Of a stretch of DNA of 64,000 bases, positions 37,798-48,124 are shown piece after piece. A program made the position numbers and the translations under genes. Position 1 is the stretch's first letter. Each line of letters begins with the position of its first letter. The notes below the pieces were generated by a model. It saw only the letters and a program-made list of their open reading frames with translations, did no database searches and was not told the origin of the DNA. Source of the stretch: Pseudomonadota bacterium (GTDB lineage Bacteria > Pseudomonadota > Gammaproteobacteria > Pseudomonadales > Halieaceae); contig JBCDFM010000003.1 of NCBI GenBank assembly GCA_039178015.1, positions 475 through 64,474 of the forward strand, read 5' to 3'.

Positions 37798-39177
37798 CTA
37801 CGTTACCAACAGATAACAGGCCGCACTGATCACAGCGACCGCCAGCAGGTTCAGAAAAAGCCCTTCACGAACCATTCGGGCCACTGTCACCATGCCGCTG
37901 GCAAACACAACCGAGTTGGGTGCAGTTGCTACCGGCAACATGAAAGCGCAGCTAGCCGCCATCGCAGCAGGCACCATAAGGACTTCGGGGGGCATGTTTG
38001 CTGCGAGCGCTGCTGCCGCCAATATTGGCATCAACAGCGTTGTGCTGGCGGTATTTGACGTGGTCTCGGTCATGAAACTTACGGACAGACTCACCAGAAA
38101 TATCAGGCCTAAGGTGTGAATGCGAGTCAGGTCTGCCAGCCATACCCCCATCAACTCGCTGAGCCCAGAGCTCACGAAGCCTTTTGCCAGACATATTCCG
38201 CCGGAAAACAGTAGCAAGACACCCCAGGGAATGCTGACAGCCCGCTCCCAGGTGAGCAGGCGTTGGCCTCTGCCATCCGGCACGAGAAATAGAACCACCA
38301 CAGCCAGTAAGGCGACTGACGCATCATTTGCCTGCGGCAAACCCAGCCACTCCGACCAGCCACCATAGGGTTCCTGCCGGGTAATCCAGGCAAGCGCCGT
38401 CAGGGCGAATACGATCATCACCCGCCGCTCCTCGGTACGCCAGTGGCCCACATCTGGCAGTGTCACGGATATTGCGCCCTTAACATTGCGCGTCAGTGCT
38501 AGCGCCATCAACGGCACCAGGATTATGACCACTGGCAGCGCCCAGCCCATCCACTGAGTGAATCCTATATCCTGTCCTGTTGTTTCCTCATATACCTGCA
38601 TAAATATCAGGTTAGGCGGCGTGCCTATTGGTGTACCCAAACCACCAACACTTGCGGCATAGGCAATTCCCAAGAGCAGGGGCACAGCCAGTCTGTCTTT
38701 GTGTTCGGATGCATTCAGTACGGCTAGGGCAACGGGCAGCAGCATCAGTGTGGTTGCCGTGTTGGATATCCACATACTGAGCACCGCGGAGGCAGCCATA
38801 AAGCCCAACACCAACCGCCGCCCACTGCCCGTCCCGAAGAGATTTACCATAGCCAGCGCAATGCGGCGGTGCGCGCCCGAGTGTTCCATAGATTTCGACA
38901 GCAGAAATCCACCCAGAAGTAACAGAATAATAGGCGAGCCGTAGGCCTGGGCCACTTCTACTGGAGTGAGCACACCTAACAGAGGAAGCAATGCAATGGG
39001 CACTAGCGAGGTAACGGGAATAGGAATCGGTTCAAACACCCACCAGATCACGCACAGCATTGCTACAAATGCGACGACGGCAGCGTCGTCGCCATATCCA
39101 GCGCTGTATAGTGCGACAGCGGTCAGCGAGGCGGCTAATGGCCCAACCCACAGCGCTATATCTCGCGCGCTTTGCAT
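37798..39177 (-). CDS. DASS/SLC13-family anion (sulfate/di-tricarboxylate):Na+ symporter
   Basis: 459 aa, polytopic, with conserved SNTA(T/S)T hairpin motifs (WISNTATTLMLLP, TETTSNTASTTLLMP). Confidence 0.85.
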   Translation of the reverse strand: MQSARDIALWVGPLAASLTAVALYSAGYGDDAAVVAFVAMLCVIWWVFEPIPIPVTSLVPIALLPLLGVLTPVEVAQAYGSPIILLLLGGFLLSKSMEHSGAHRRIALAMVNLFGTGSGRRLVLGFMAASAVLSMWISNTATTLMLLPVALAVLNASEHKDRLAVPLLLGIAYAASVGGLGTPIGTPPNLIFMQVYEETTGQDIGFTQWMGWALPVVIILVPLMALALTRNVKGAISVTLPDVGHWRTEERRVMIVFALTALAWITRQEPYGGWSEWLGLPQANDASVALLAVVVLFLVPDGRGQRLLTWERAVSIPWGVLLLFSGGICLAKGFVSSGLSELMGVWLADLTRIHTLGLIFLVSLSVSFMTETTSNTASTTLLMPILAAAALAANMPPEVLMVPAAMAASCAFMLPVATAPNSVVFASGMVTVARMVREGLFLNLLAVAVISAACYLLVT

Positions 39178-39331
39178 GATTAATTAAGTCCCGGACAAAA
39201 AAGCCGAAAAGAGAACGGCAGGGTTTATGTTATGGGTGCCATCCTGTCTCAGTGCGAACCCACTGTAAACCCTGGCAACACACAATCAGGTCTGGAGTCC
39301 TACAATCAGACCGTCTACACTCGTCGGTGTC

Positions 39332-40339
39332 ATGAAGGAACCTTCCCCTCTTCTCATCGATAGATTTGGCCGACGCGTGGACTATGTGCGCCTGTCGGTT
39401 ACAGACCGCTGTGACTTTCGCTGCGTATATTGTATGGCGGAGGATATGACCTTCGTCCCGAAGGCGCAGGTGCTCACATTGGAGGAACACTTCCAAGTGG
39501 CAAAGGCCTTCAGCGAATTGGGTGTGGCCAAGATTCGCCTGACCGGTGGTGAACCGTTGATCCGCAACGATGTTATGACGCTCATTAATCGTTTAGGTCA
39601 GCTATCTGCACTTAACGAATTGGTGATAACGACAAATGGGTCTCAGCTGGAGCGACTCGCGGGTGAGCTCAAGGCGGCAGGTGTTAGGCGGATCAACATC
39701 AGCCTGGACAGCCTGCAGCATCGGCGTTTTCGACAGCTTACCCGACACGGCAATCTCGACAAGGTGCTAATGGGCGTCGAATCTGCGATCCGCGCTGGCT
39801 TTGAGAGAATTAAAATCAATGCGGTCATATTGAAGGGCCGCAATGAAGACGAAGTGCTCGACCTGGTCCAGTACGTATGCGACCGCGGAATCGATATCGC
39901 ATTTATCGAAGAGATGCCGCTTGGGCACATTGTGGAACACAACCGGCTTCTCAGCTTTATGAGCAGTGATCAGCTGCGTTCCATGATAGAACAGCGCTTT
40001 CAGCTCAGGTCCTTGGGCGAACCGGGTGAAAGCGCTGGACCCGCGCGTTACTACCAGATCTTAGGACGTGAAACGCGCGTGGGCTTTATTTCCCCTCACA
40101 GCAACAACTTCTGCCACTTATGCAATAGAGTCAGAGTGACCGCCGAAGGGCGCTTGCTTCTGTGCTTGGGCAATGAACACTCCGTGGATCTCAAAGCAGT
40201 ACTGCGCTCTGACAACTACACACTGGAGCTTCTAAAGAAAACCATCATAAACGCAATGGATATCAAACCCGAGCGCCACTACTTCGATAACCGGGGCGAG
40301 CCCGAAATCGTGCGATTTATGAACATGACGGGTGGCTAG
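39332..40339 (+). CDS. moaA: GTP 3',8-cyclase (molybdenum cofactor biosynthesis protein A)
   Basis: 335 aa with the radical-SAM CDFRCVYCM cluster, the C-terminal CHLCNRVRVTAEG.LLLCL second cluster and a C-terminal GG. Confidence 0.95.
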   Translation: MKEPSPLLIDRFGRRVDYVRLSVTDRCDFRCVYCMAEDMTFVPKAQVLTLEEHFQVAKAFSELGVAKIRLTGGEPLIRNDVMTLINRLGQLSALNELVITTNGSQLERLAGELKAAGVRRINISLDSLQHRRFRQLTRHGNLDKVLMGVESAIRAGFERIKINAVILKGRNEDEVLDLVQYVCDRGIDIAFIEEMPLGHIVEHNRLLSFMSSDQLRSMIEQRFQLRSLGEPGESAGPARYYQILGRETRVGFISPHSNNFCHLCNRVRVTAEGRLLLCLGNEHSVDLKAVLRSDNYTLELLKKTIINAMDIKPERHYFDNRGEPEIVRFMNMTGG

Positions 40340-40400
40340 TAGGAGATAAAATGCAGCCCCTTCATAAGGGACGAAACGTCGCGCCAAACGAGGATCTTCG

Positions 40401-41342
40401 GTGCAAATAGAAGACTTTCCGCAGCTTAGCTCGGTAGAAAAAATCGAAAAGGGTTTCGAATCCTACGGCTATATTTGTAGCCAAAAAATCGCAACGGCTG
40501 TATTTCTTGCATTTCAGCTGCGTAAACCGATTTTGGTCGAGGGCCCGCCCGGAGTTGGTAAGACGGAGCTGGCAAAAACAACTGCACAGCTTCTGCAGGT
40601 GCCTCTTATTCGTCTGCAATGCTATGAGGGTCTTGACGAAGCAAAGGCGCTGTACGAGTGGAAGTACGGTAAACAACTGTTATATACCCAAGTGTTGAAG
40701 GAAAAACTCGGCGATCTTCTCAAAGGCGCAAAGGGCTTGGCGGAATCGGTACAGCGACTACACCAGTTCGGCGATATCTTTTACTCAGAGGATTTCCTGG
40801 AACCTCGGCCTCTACTTAAGGCTATGCAGCAAGAGCGCGGTGCTATTCTGCTGATTGATGAGATCGATAAGTCGGATTATGAATTCGAGTCTCTGCTACT
40901 TGAAATCCTCTCAGACTACCAGATATCCATACCCGAAATCGGCACGGTTAAGGCGCGCACATCACCGATGGTGTTTTTGACCAGCAACAATACCCGAGAC
41001 ATCTCCGATGCGCTAAAAAGACGCTGTTTACACCTTTATATTCCATTTCCAACCGTTGAGCTCGAGGAAAGAATCGTGCTCAGTAGAGTGCCGGATGTTG
41101 AGTCACAGCTCAGGCATCAGCTTGTTGAGTTCGTACACTCGCTACGCCAACTGGATTTAAAAAAGTCGCCTGCCATCTCAGAGACTATCGACTGGGCACG
41201 CAGCCTAATTCTCCTGCATGCAGAGCAGCTCGACGAAGACCTGGTAAGAAGTTCACTCAATGTACTGCTGAAATTTGAAGATGACATCGAGGCGGCGGAG
41301 ACCGAGCTACGAAACCTGCTCCCGGCAAAACCCCAGGATTGA
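40401..41342 (+). CDS. MoxR-family AAA+ ATPase (CoxD-like)
   Basis: 313 aa with Walker A GPPGVGKT and Walker B LLIDEIDK. GTG start. Confidence 0.85.
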   Translation: MQIEDFPQLSSVEKIEKGFESYGYICSQKIATAVFLAFQLRKPILVEGPPGVGKTELAKTTAQLLQVPLIRLQCYEGLDEAKALYEWKYGKQLLYTQVLKEKLGDLLKGAKGLAESVQRLHQFGDIFYSEDFLEPRPLLKAMQQERGAILLIDEIDKSDYEFESLLLEILSDYQISIPEIGTVKARTSPMVFLTSNNTRDISDALKRRCLHLYIPFPTVELEERIVLSRVPDVESQLRHQLVEFVHSLRQLDLKKSPAISETIDWARSLILLHAEQLDEDLVRSSLNVLLKFEDDIEAAETELRNLLPAKPQD

Positions 41343-41465
41343 AAAGACGCACCCAATCAACCGCCAGCATACTGCAGCTGACGACGTTATCTGCTTAGCA
41401 CTACGATACAACTCGTCCACAGACACGTTCCCGCGGACAGTCTCTTTGCGCTGCGGTTTCCGGAG

Positions 41466-42935
41466 ATGTGGTATACAGTGCATGAACTGATTTCATTGGG
41501 AGACCACCCCTTGCAGTCAAATCTGGTCAGCTTTATTCAGGTTTTACGCACACATGACGTACGCGTTTCACCCGCTGAAACCCTGGATGCTATGAATGTG
41601 GCGACAACCTTAGGTTATGCGGATCGCGCCCTGCTGCGCGATGGTCTGGCAATGACGCTAGCAAAAACGCCGGAGGAAGAAGCCATCTTTCTCTCATGCT
41701 TTGATCGGTACTTTTACCAGCCACTATCGGATGCCTCCTCATTGGAGACCGAGCAGACCGAAACCGAGTTGGACGCGACAGCACCGGGCCAGAGTAGCAG
41801 CGACCGCAACGACCCGGATAGCCAAGCAGTTCAGGCCTCACCGCTCGCGTTGGCGGCAGAACAAGATGCCTCTTTGCAGGAGCTGATGAATTCGACTCTG
41901 ATGCAGAGCCTGGCAAACAACGACACTACCGATCTGTCGCTTGGTATAGCGAGCGCGGCCGAGCAGGTTGGTCTGCGACAGATTACGCTTTTTACTCAGA
42001 AGGGCCAGTTTACCAGAAAGATCCTTGACGCCATGGGAGAGGAACACTTGCGCAACGCAGTTATCGAGCTGGAAAAACAGGAGAGTCCAGCACTACTAGA
42101 ACTGCAGCGCTATCGGGATGTGCTGCGCGAGCAGGTGCGCGATTACGTTGAGAGACAGTACCTTCTGCATGCCGAGGGCAAGACCCGTCAGTTCATGGAT
42201 GAAGTCTTGAGCAAAACGAGGCTGAATAATATCGAGCACACCTATTTGCATAAGGTGTACGAGCTGGTACGAAAGATGGCAAAAAAACTAGCCAGTCGGC
42301 ACTCAAGGAAACGCAGGCAATTGAAACGCGGTCAGCTGAATATGGCAAAAACGATTCGCCGAGGGGTGGCCAATGACGGCGTGCTGTTCAATACCTACTG
42401 GCGCCAGACTCGGAAGGAGAAGCCACAGATACTCGCAGTTTGTGACGTCAGCGGTTCAGTAGCCGCCTACGCAAAATTTCTTCTAATGTTTCTTTACAGT
42501 CTACAGGACGTATTACCAAAAGTGCGTAGCTTCGCCTTCTCTAGCCACCTTGGTGAAGTCAGCCAATTTTTCGAACAGCAGCCGGTTGAAGAAGCCATCG
42601 AACGGGTTAACCAGCGATATGGCGGAGCAACTGACTACGGCTGCAGTCTGAGGGATTTTGCTGCATTGGCCATGGATGATATTAATAGCAACACTACGGT
42701 CATTATTCTAGGAGACGCCCGTAATAACCACGGGGATCCGCAGCTTGAAATTATGCAAAGTATCTATCAGCGCAGCCGACAGGTTATCTGGCTGAACCCA
42801 GAATCCCGGCGAGTCTGGGGCAGCGGCGATTCAGAAATGCTGCGCTATCAAAGCGCCTGTCATTTCAGCGCTGAATGCAATAATCTTAAACAGCTTGAAC
42901 GGATCGTCGACCAACTGCTTAAGAGCGCTCGCTGA
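41466..42935 (+). CDS. VWA-domain protein (CoxE-like)
   Basis: 489 aa with a C-terminal VWA domain and MIDAS-like CDVSGSV. It is the usual partner of a MoxR ATPase. The start is uncertain (in-frame TTG a few codons downstream). Confidence 0.8.
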   Translation: MWYTVHELISLGDHPLQSNLVSFIQVLRTHDVRVSPAETLDAMNVATTLGYADRALLRDGLAMTLAKTPEEEAIFLSCFDRYFYQPLSDASSLETEQTETELDATAPGQSSSDRNDPDSQAVQASPLALAAEQDASLQELMNSTLMQSLANNDTTDLSLGIASAAEQVGLRQITLFTQKGQFTRKILDAMGEEHLRNAVIELEKQESPALLELQRYRDVLREQVRDYVERQYLLHAEGKTRQFMDEVLSKTRLNNIEHTYLHKVYELVRKMAKKLASRHSRKRRQLKRGQLNMAKTIRRGVANDGVLFNTYWRQTRKEKPQILAVCDVSGSVAAYAKFLLMFLYSLQDVLPKVRSFAFSSHLGEVSQFFEQQPVEEAIERVNQRYGGATDYGCSLRDFAALAMDDINSNTTVIILGDARNNHGDPQLEIMQSIYQRSRQVIWLNPESRRVWGSGDSEMLRYQSACHFSAECNNLKQLERIVDQLLKSAR

Positions 42936-42940
42936 GCGCA

Positions 42941-43141
42941 ATGATCTACACCTGCAAGGACTGTAGTTATAGCGGTAAGCAGAGCAGTCGGGACGGCTCT
43001 TGCCTGGCCTGCGGATCGCACAACCTTGAACGAAAGAACGCTAACCAAGCCTCGGCAAAGTCCAGCAAAATACGAGTGTGCCTGCTAGTTACCCTCTGGG
43101 TTTACCTGATAGGCCTGATTATTTGGAAGTTGGATTTCTAA
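42941..43141 (+). CDS. Small tail-anchored zinc-ribbon protein
   Basis: 66 aa with CKDC...CLAC (CxxC-N14-CxxC) followed by a C-terminal TM helix (VCLLVTLWVYLIGLIIW). It starts 5 nt after the VWA stop. Confidence 0.5.
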   Translation: MIYTCKDCSYSGKQSSRDGSCLACGSHNLERKNANQASAKSSKIRVCLLVTLWVYLIGLIIWKLDF

Positions 43142-43200
43142 AAGACTGCGCGTACAAGGCCTTCATAACGATGCGCCCGCGGAGCTAAGGCTAAAGACGA

Positions 43201-43566
43201 ATGACCATGTCAGACGAACAGCGCAAACACATCAGGTTAAACGTCGAGAGCACCGTTTTCATAGAAATGGTTTCTCCCGGCATTGGTGGTGCAACGTCTG
43301 ATAAGGCTGCAGTGTGTAAATCCCTAGATATTTCCCGGGGCGGTCTGCGGGTCGGGCTGAACCAATCACTATCGGAAGGAGCGATAATGCAGATTGGTGT
43401 CGACGTACCCGGTGCAGATGGCACACTCTACCTCACAGGAGAGGTAAGATGGTGCCTGCAAAGCCCTCAGGATGAACACGCATGGACCGCAGGTTTTGAG
43501 CTTATCCCTACCAAGGAATCAGACATCGAAAGATGGACCGAGATGCTCGCCGATCTTGAGAGCTAA
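43201..43566 (+). CDS. PilZ-domain (c-di-GMP-binding) protein
   Basis: 121 aa with the RKHIR (RxxxR) and DISRGG (DxSxxG) motifs. Confidence 0.75.
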   Translation: MTMSDEQRKHIRLNVESTVFIEMVSPGIGGATSDKAAVCKSLDISRGGLRVGLNQSLSEGAIMQIGVDVPGADGTLYLTGEVRWCLQSPQDEHAWTAGFELIPTKESDIERWTEMLADLES

Positions 43567-43587
43567 GCTGTTAAAGCTCTGAGAGGC

Positions 43588-44730
43588 CTATACAAAGCTG
43601 CCCGCGTTTTCATCATCGAGGTTCGTCAGGCTCAGGCCGTCGGAAGGCGGCGCGCCAGCTGCGCCCGCACTCTCCTTGGCAAACTTAATTTTCAAGCGCA
43701 CATTATTGGCAGAATCCGAGTTTCTAACGGCTTCCTCTTCCGAGATCAACCCCTGCTGGTAGAGCTCGAATAGAGCGGTATCAAAAGTCTTCATGCCAAG
43801 GTTTTCCGACTTAGCCATGACCTCTTTTACGCTGTCAATCTCACCCCGCAGGATGAGCTCTTGAATCAAGGGCGTGCCCAGCATGACCTCAATCGCAGCG
43901 CAGCGCTTGCCGTCGAGGGTAGGGATTAAACGCTGTGACACAAACGCCTTAATATTCAACGATAGATCCATGAGTAGCTGTTGCCGCCTGTCTTCAGGAA
44001 AAAAATTGATGATTCTATCCAGCGCCTGATTCGCGTTATTCGCATGCAGCGTCGAAATGCACAGGTGTCCCGTTTCGGCAAACGCGATAGCGTGCTCCAT
44101 AGTCTCTCTGTCACGAATCTCACCAATGAGAATGACATCTGGCGCCTGACGCAGCGTGTTCTTCAGTGCATTGTGCCAGCTGCGAGTGTCCACACCCACT
44201 TCGCGCTGATTCACAATGGATTTCTTATGCGTATGCACATATTCCACAGGGTCTTCAATCGTAACAATATGGCCACTTGTATGAGTATTGCGATGGTCAA
44301 TGAGCGCCGCGAGCGAAGTAGACTTGCCCGAGCCTGTGGCTCCAACGAACAAAACCAGCCCACGCTTGGCCATCATGACTTCTGTCAGTACTTGGGGTAG
44401 ACCGAGTGACTCCCAGCTGGGAATGTTCGCCACGATATTTCGGGCAACGATAGCGACTTCGTTGCGCTGAACGAAAATATTAATCCTAAACCGGCCATAA
44501 CCGGAAATAGACAGCGCCAGATTCATCTCTAGATCCTGCTCGAACTGGGCACGCTGGGTGGCATCCATGATTTCGTAGGCAATTTCTTTGATTTCACCTG
44601 GCTGCAATAGCTCATTAGCTATTGGCTTGAGTTGACCTTCAAACTTGGCGCAGGGTGGTGCGCCGGTGCTCAGATATAAGTCAGAGCCACGCTCACTGGA
44701 TAAAATTTGCAGCCATTCGGTTATTCTCAC
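43588..44730 (-). CDS. pilU: Type IV pilus retraction ATPase, PilT/PilU family (PilU-like length)
   Basis: 380 aa with Walker A GATGSGKST, an Asp box, Walker B and the His box of PilT-class ATPases. The C-terminal extension resembles PilU. Confidence 0.8.
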   Translation of the reverse strand: MRITEWLQILSSERGSDLYLSTGAPPCAKFEGQLKPIANELLQPGEIKEIAYEIMDATQRAQFEQDLEMNLALSISGYGRFRINIFVQRNEVAIVARNIVANIPSWESLGLPQVLTEVMMAKRGLVLFVGATGSGKSTSLAALIDHRNTHTSGHIVTIEDPVEYVHTHKKSIVNQREVGVDTRSWHNALKNTLRQAPDVILIGEIRDRETMEHAIAFAETGHLCISTLHANNANQALDRIINFFPEDRRQQLLMDLSLNIKAFVSQRLIPTLDGKRCAAIEVMLGTPLIQELILRGEIDSVKEVMAKSENLGMKTFDTALFELYQQGLISEEEAVRNSDSANNVRLKIKFAKESAGAAGAPPSDGLSLTNLDDENAGSFV

Positions 44731-45218
44731 GTAATTTCCCCTCGATGACGTAGTACAACAGCAGTCGTGCCCCTTGCTGTTTTTTTAGTTACTCGCGTCC
44801 GCCGCCTGGGCGGGTTTCGCACAGCGTACACACTAGCATTAATGTAGCACCTTACCAGTGCACAACGATACGCTCTCAAGCAAGCCTTATCGATAAATTG
44901 CCTAAACTTACCGTCACAAAACCGCACAGCTCCGACCTTTTTCTTACTTTTGTCGGAGTTCATTGATTAGTGATATCGCTTTGCTCATGGGGAAACTAGG
45001 TTCGCGCGCAGCTAATCACATACAGCCGCTCGCATCGCTGCAGAGGCTTCTGAGGCGCACTGTTCAATGGACACGGTCTACAGGATAAACCGGGCGATTC
45101 GAGTCAAAATGCCGTAGCTGTACTCCAGCAAACCGGGGCTATACACTCTAGTCGCTCGATTTGAGGTACGCAGCGGCAGACACAGCGCCCGCAAGCACAG
45201 CAAAACAAGGAGTCCCGA

Positions 45219-46805
45219 TTGTCGTCCCATTTGCACAATGAACTGCAGCGCCTAGCAGACCCTGCGTCTCTGGCTCTGTTAGCGGATATTAACAGAGGGC
45301 TCGAAAAGGAGAGCCTGCGAATTACCTCGGATGGCAGACTCGCAGCCACTGCTCATCCCCGTGGCATGGGGTCTCCTCTCACGCACACCTCTATTACAAC
45401 TGATTATTCCGAGGCATTGCTGGAATTCATCACACCTGTCAGCACCAGCGTGGCTGACACCCTTAAGGGGTTGGAGGATATTCACAGTTTTGCCTATGGG
45501 CAGATGGAAGATGAGATGCTCTGGTGCGCCAGCATGCCTTGTATAGTCAGTGGAGATGAGGGTATCCCCGTGGCGCACTATGGCAGTTCAAATGTCGCCA
45601 GGATGAAAACGGTCTATCGACTCGGGCTAGGGCATCGCTATGGCCGGCTGATGCAGGCGATCGCCGGTATTCACTACAATTTTTCAATGCCTGAGGCTTT
45701 CTGGCAGCAGGAGTGGAAACACGCTGGAAAGGCTGGAACTCTCACAGACTTTGTAAGCACACGCTATCTGGATCTGATTCGCAACTTTCGACGTCATTCC
45801 TGGCTGCTCATCTATTTATTCGGCGCTTCGCCCGCTGTTTGCTCAAGCTTTTTGCGGGGCAGAGATGATGCCGGCCTAATCCCGTTTGACGACGAAGGCA
45901 AGAGTATGCATCTACCCTACGCAACGTCACTGCGCATGGGTGATCTCGGCTATAGTAGCTCGGCCCAAAAAGGCCTCAATATTTGCTACAACTCTCTTGA
46001 GAATTATGTCGATACCTTGCGTAGCGCCATCCTACAACCTCATCCGGAATATCAGCACATTCCATCGGGACAGAATGGTGATTATCAGCAACTGAACGAC
46101 AGTCTGCTGCAGATCGAAAACGAGTTTTACAGCCCTATCCGGCCTAAGCGAGTAACCCAGTCTGGCGAAACCCCGCTGAAAGCCTTAACGGAGCGCGGTA
46201 TCGAGTACATCGAGGTACGCTGTATCGATGTTAGCCCCTTTAGCCCCGTCGGTATCGATGCCGATCAAGTGCGATTTCTAGACACCTTTCTGCTTTATTG
46301 TCTACTCGAACCCAGCCCATTATGTGACGACAGTGTTCAAGCCATGCAGTCCAAAAATCTGGACGCGGTCGTCAATGAAGGTCGTAAACCGGGGCTGACT
46401 CTCCAAGGCGCAGAGGGCAAGCGCCCCATGATGGCATATGCCCAGCAGCTGTTCGCTGACTTGATGCCGGTCGCTCGCGTTTTGGACAAGGCACACAGCT
46501 CAACTGACTACAGTGAAAGCATCGCTGACCAGCTTGCCAAGATTGAAAAACCCGAGCTGACACCCTCTGCGCGAGTACTGCGCGAGATGCAGGAGCAAAA
46601 TCTGCCGTTTTTCCGTCTTGCCATGGGTTACAGCGAGCGCTGGGCGGCGCATTTTCGTGATAGAGGAATCACAGCAAACGCGCTTAAAGCTCTCCAAGAA
46701 GAGAGCCGGCAATCGATCGAGCGTCAACAACAGATTGAACAAACGGAATCGATCAGTTTTGAAGCGCATCTCGACAACTATTTCGCCCAGTATCGAGCGC
46801 TGTAG
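45219..46805 (+). CDS. gshA: Glutamate--cysteine ligase
   Basis: 528 aa. GLEKESLRITSDGRLA..HP..LGS.LTH..ITTDYSEALLEFITP is the GshA N-terminal signature. Non-ATG start. Confidence 0.93.
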   Translation: MSSHLHNELQRLADPASLALLADINRGLEKESLRITSDGRLAATAHPRGMGSPLTHTSITTDYSEALLEFITPVSTSVADTLKGLEDIHSFAYGQMEDEMLWCASMPCIVSGDEGIPVAHYGSSNVARMKTVYRLGLGHRYGRLMQAIAGIHYNFSMPEAFWQQEWKHAGKAGTLTDFVSTRYLDLIRNFRRHSWLLIYLFGASPAVCSSFLRGRDDAGLIPFDDEGKSMHLPYATSLRMGDLGYSSSAQKGLNICYNSLENYVDTLRSAILQPHPEYQHIPSGQNGDYQQLNDSLLQIENEFYSPIRPKRVTQSGETPLKALTERGIEYIEVRCIDVSPFSPVGIDADQVRFLDTFLLYCLLEPSPLCDDSVQAMQSKNLDAVVNEGRKPGLTLQGAEGKRPMMAYAQQLFADLMPVARVLDKAHSSTDYSESIADQLAKIEKPELTPSARVLREMQEQNLPFFRLAMGYSERWAAHFRDRGITANALKALQEESRQSIERQQQIEQTESISFEAHLDNYFAQYRAL

Positions 46806-46840
46806 GCTCTTGACGCAAGGCCGCGGGTTTTGAACAGGGG

Positions 46841-47440
46841 TTGAGGTCGCGCTTGAATTTTTTGGCACACTTCCAGCTAGCATGGCCCGAAGAAGGACTT
46901 CTGTTGGGCGCACTGGAAGGCGATTATTACAAAGGTCCTATCAGCACTGGAGTATCGGCAGATATGGCTCGAGGCATCAGGCTGCACCGGGCGATCGACG
47001 CATTCACCGACAGCCACAAGACTGTCAACTCACTGCGCTCTGAACTGCCGATAGCATTGCGCCGCTATGCCGGTATTTTGATCGATCTGAGCTTCGATCA
47101 CTACCTGAGCAAGCACTGGGGTCATTACTGCGATCTGCCCTTGACACAGTTCAATGCGAGTGTGTATCGCATACTCGAGCAGCGCCAGAACGAATTCAGC
47201 GAGGGTGCGCGCGCTATGTTGTCGAGACTGGTTGAGTACGACATTCTCGGTTGCTACGGTGAATGGGAATCAGTGCCCGCGAGTGCCGCCCGTGTCGGGC
47301 AGCGCTTTCGTAGGGGCAACCCTCTGCTCGATATCAACGCTCAGTTAGCGCCTTTGCGGCCATCCTTGGAAAGCGCTTTCGTTGAGTTTTACCCTCAATT
47401 GCGGCTGTTTGCTGAAGCTAAGCGAGACCGTCTCGACTGA
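46841..47440 (+). CDS. acpH: Acyl carrier protein phosphodiesterase
   Basis: The NFLAHFQLA N-terminus and overall length match AcpH. The likely true start is TTG 46853, giving MNFLAH. Confidence 0.8.
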   Translation: MRSRLNFLAHFQLAWPEEGLLLGALEGDYYKGPISTGVSADMARGIRLHRAIDAFTDSHKTVNSLRSELPIALRRYAGILIDLSFDHYLSKHWGHYCDLPLTQFNASVYRILEQRQNEFSEGARAMLSRLVEYDILGCYGEWESVPASAARVGQRFRRGNPLLDINAQLAPLRPSLESAFVEFYPQLRLFAEAKRDRLD

Positions 47441-47527
47441 CATTTACGCACTAGACGGTTGCACCCGCTAGGAAAAAGACCTAATTTACCGCCCGACCTG
47501 TGGCACCGAGTTTTGAGGGAATCCAAC

Positions 47528-48043
47528 ATGCTGCAAACTTTATCGCCGCGTCTTGTGTTTTTCGGACTCGCGCTGCTGTCCCTGGTTTCTATGCTGTTTG
47601 CGCGCGTTTATCTGGAAGACATGCTGGGTCTACCGCCCTGCCCACTGTGTATGACTCAACGATTCTTCGTTGTTATCTGGGGCGGTGTTGCACTCATTGC
47701 GGCCCTACACAATCCCTTAGGTTGGGGACAAAAAGTGTATGCGGCCATCTGCGCGCTCGCGGCCCTGGGTGGAGGTGCCATTGCCGTACGGCATGTGTGG
47801 CTACAGCATCTTCCGGAAGATCAGGTGCCGGCCTGCGGGCCTAGCCTTGAATACATGCTTGAGACCCTTCCTCTGGGTGAAACTATCAGCCTGGTGTTGA
47901 TGGGTGATGGCAATTGCGCAGAAACTCAGTGGACTTTCTTGGGTATGAGCATCCCTGAACAAACACTGATTATGGCTTCAATTGTTACCTTGGTATGTCT
48001 TTGGCAGCTTTTTCGGAGAATGCCCTATAAACAAACGGTCTGA
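47528..48043 (+). CDS. dsbB: Disulfide bond formation protein B
   Basis: 171 aa with 4 TM segments, the CPLC motif and a second periplasmic Cys pair. The start is placed at ATG 47528. Confidence 0.88.
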   Translation: MLQTLSPRLVFFGLALLSLVSMLFARVYLEDMLGLPPCPLCMTQRFFVVIWGGVALIAALHNPLGWGQKVYAAICALAALGGGAIAVRHVWLQHLPEDQVPACGPSLEYMLETLPLGETISLVLMGDGNCAETQWTFLGMSIPEQTLIMASIVTLVCLWQLFRRMPYKQTV

Positions 48044-48124
48044 TCCATACATCACTTTATGCTGTAGGTATAGGCAGGCGCTCTTGCAGTGCCTTCAAGG
48101 ACATATTCAAGGAAGTGTCAAATA

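Noticed and set aside
39178-39331. Possible Moco riboswitch upstream of moaA
   Set aside because: I looked for the conserved core elements of the moaA motif (CCUCCGAG-type segment and flanking helices) and found none. Only a generic 6-bp hairpin (GGTCTG...CAGACC) is present. cmsearch with the Rfam Moco model would settle it.
44727-44963. 78-aa minus-strand ORF upstream of pilU, and hairpins in the 44731-45218 intergenic region
   Set aside because: The ORF is basic and low-complexity (RRRTRVTKKTARG), overlaps the pilU start and has no RBS. The hairpins are short (5-7 bp) with no T-tracts. There is no convincing sRNA or peptide signal.
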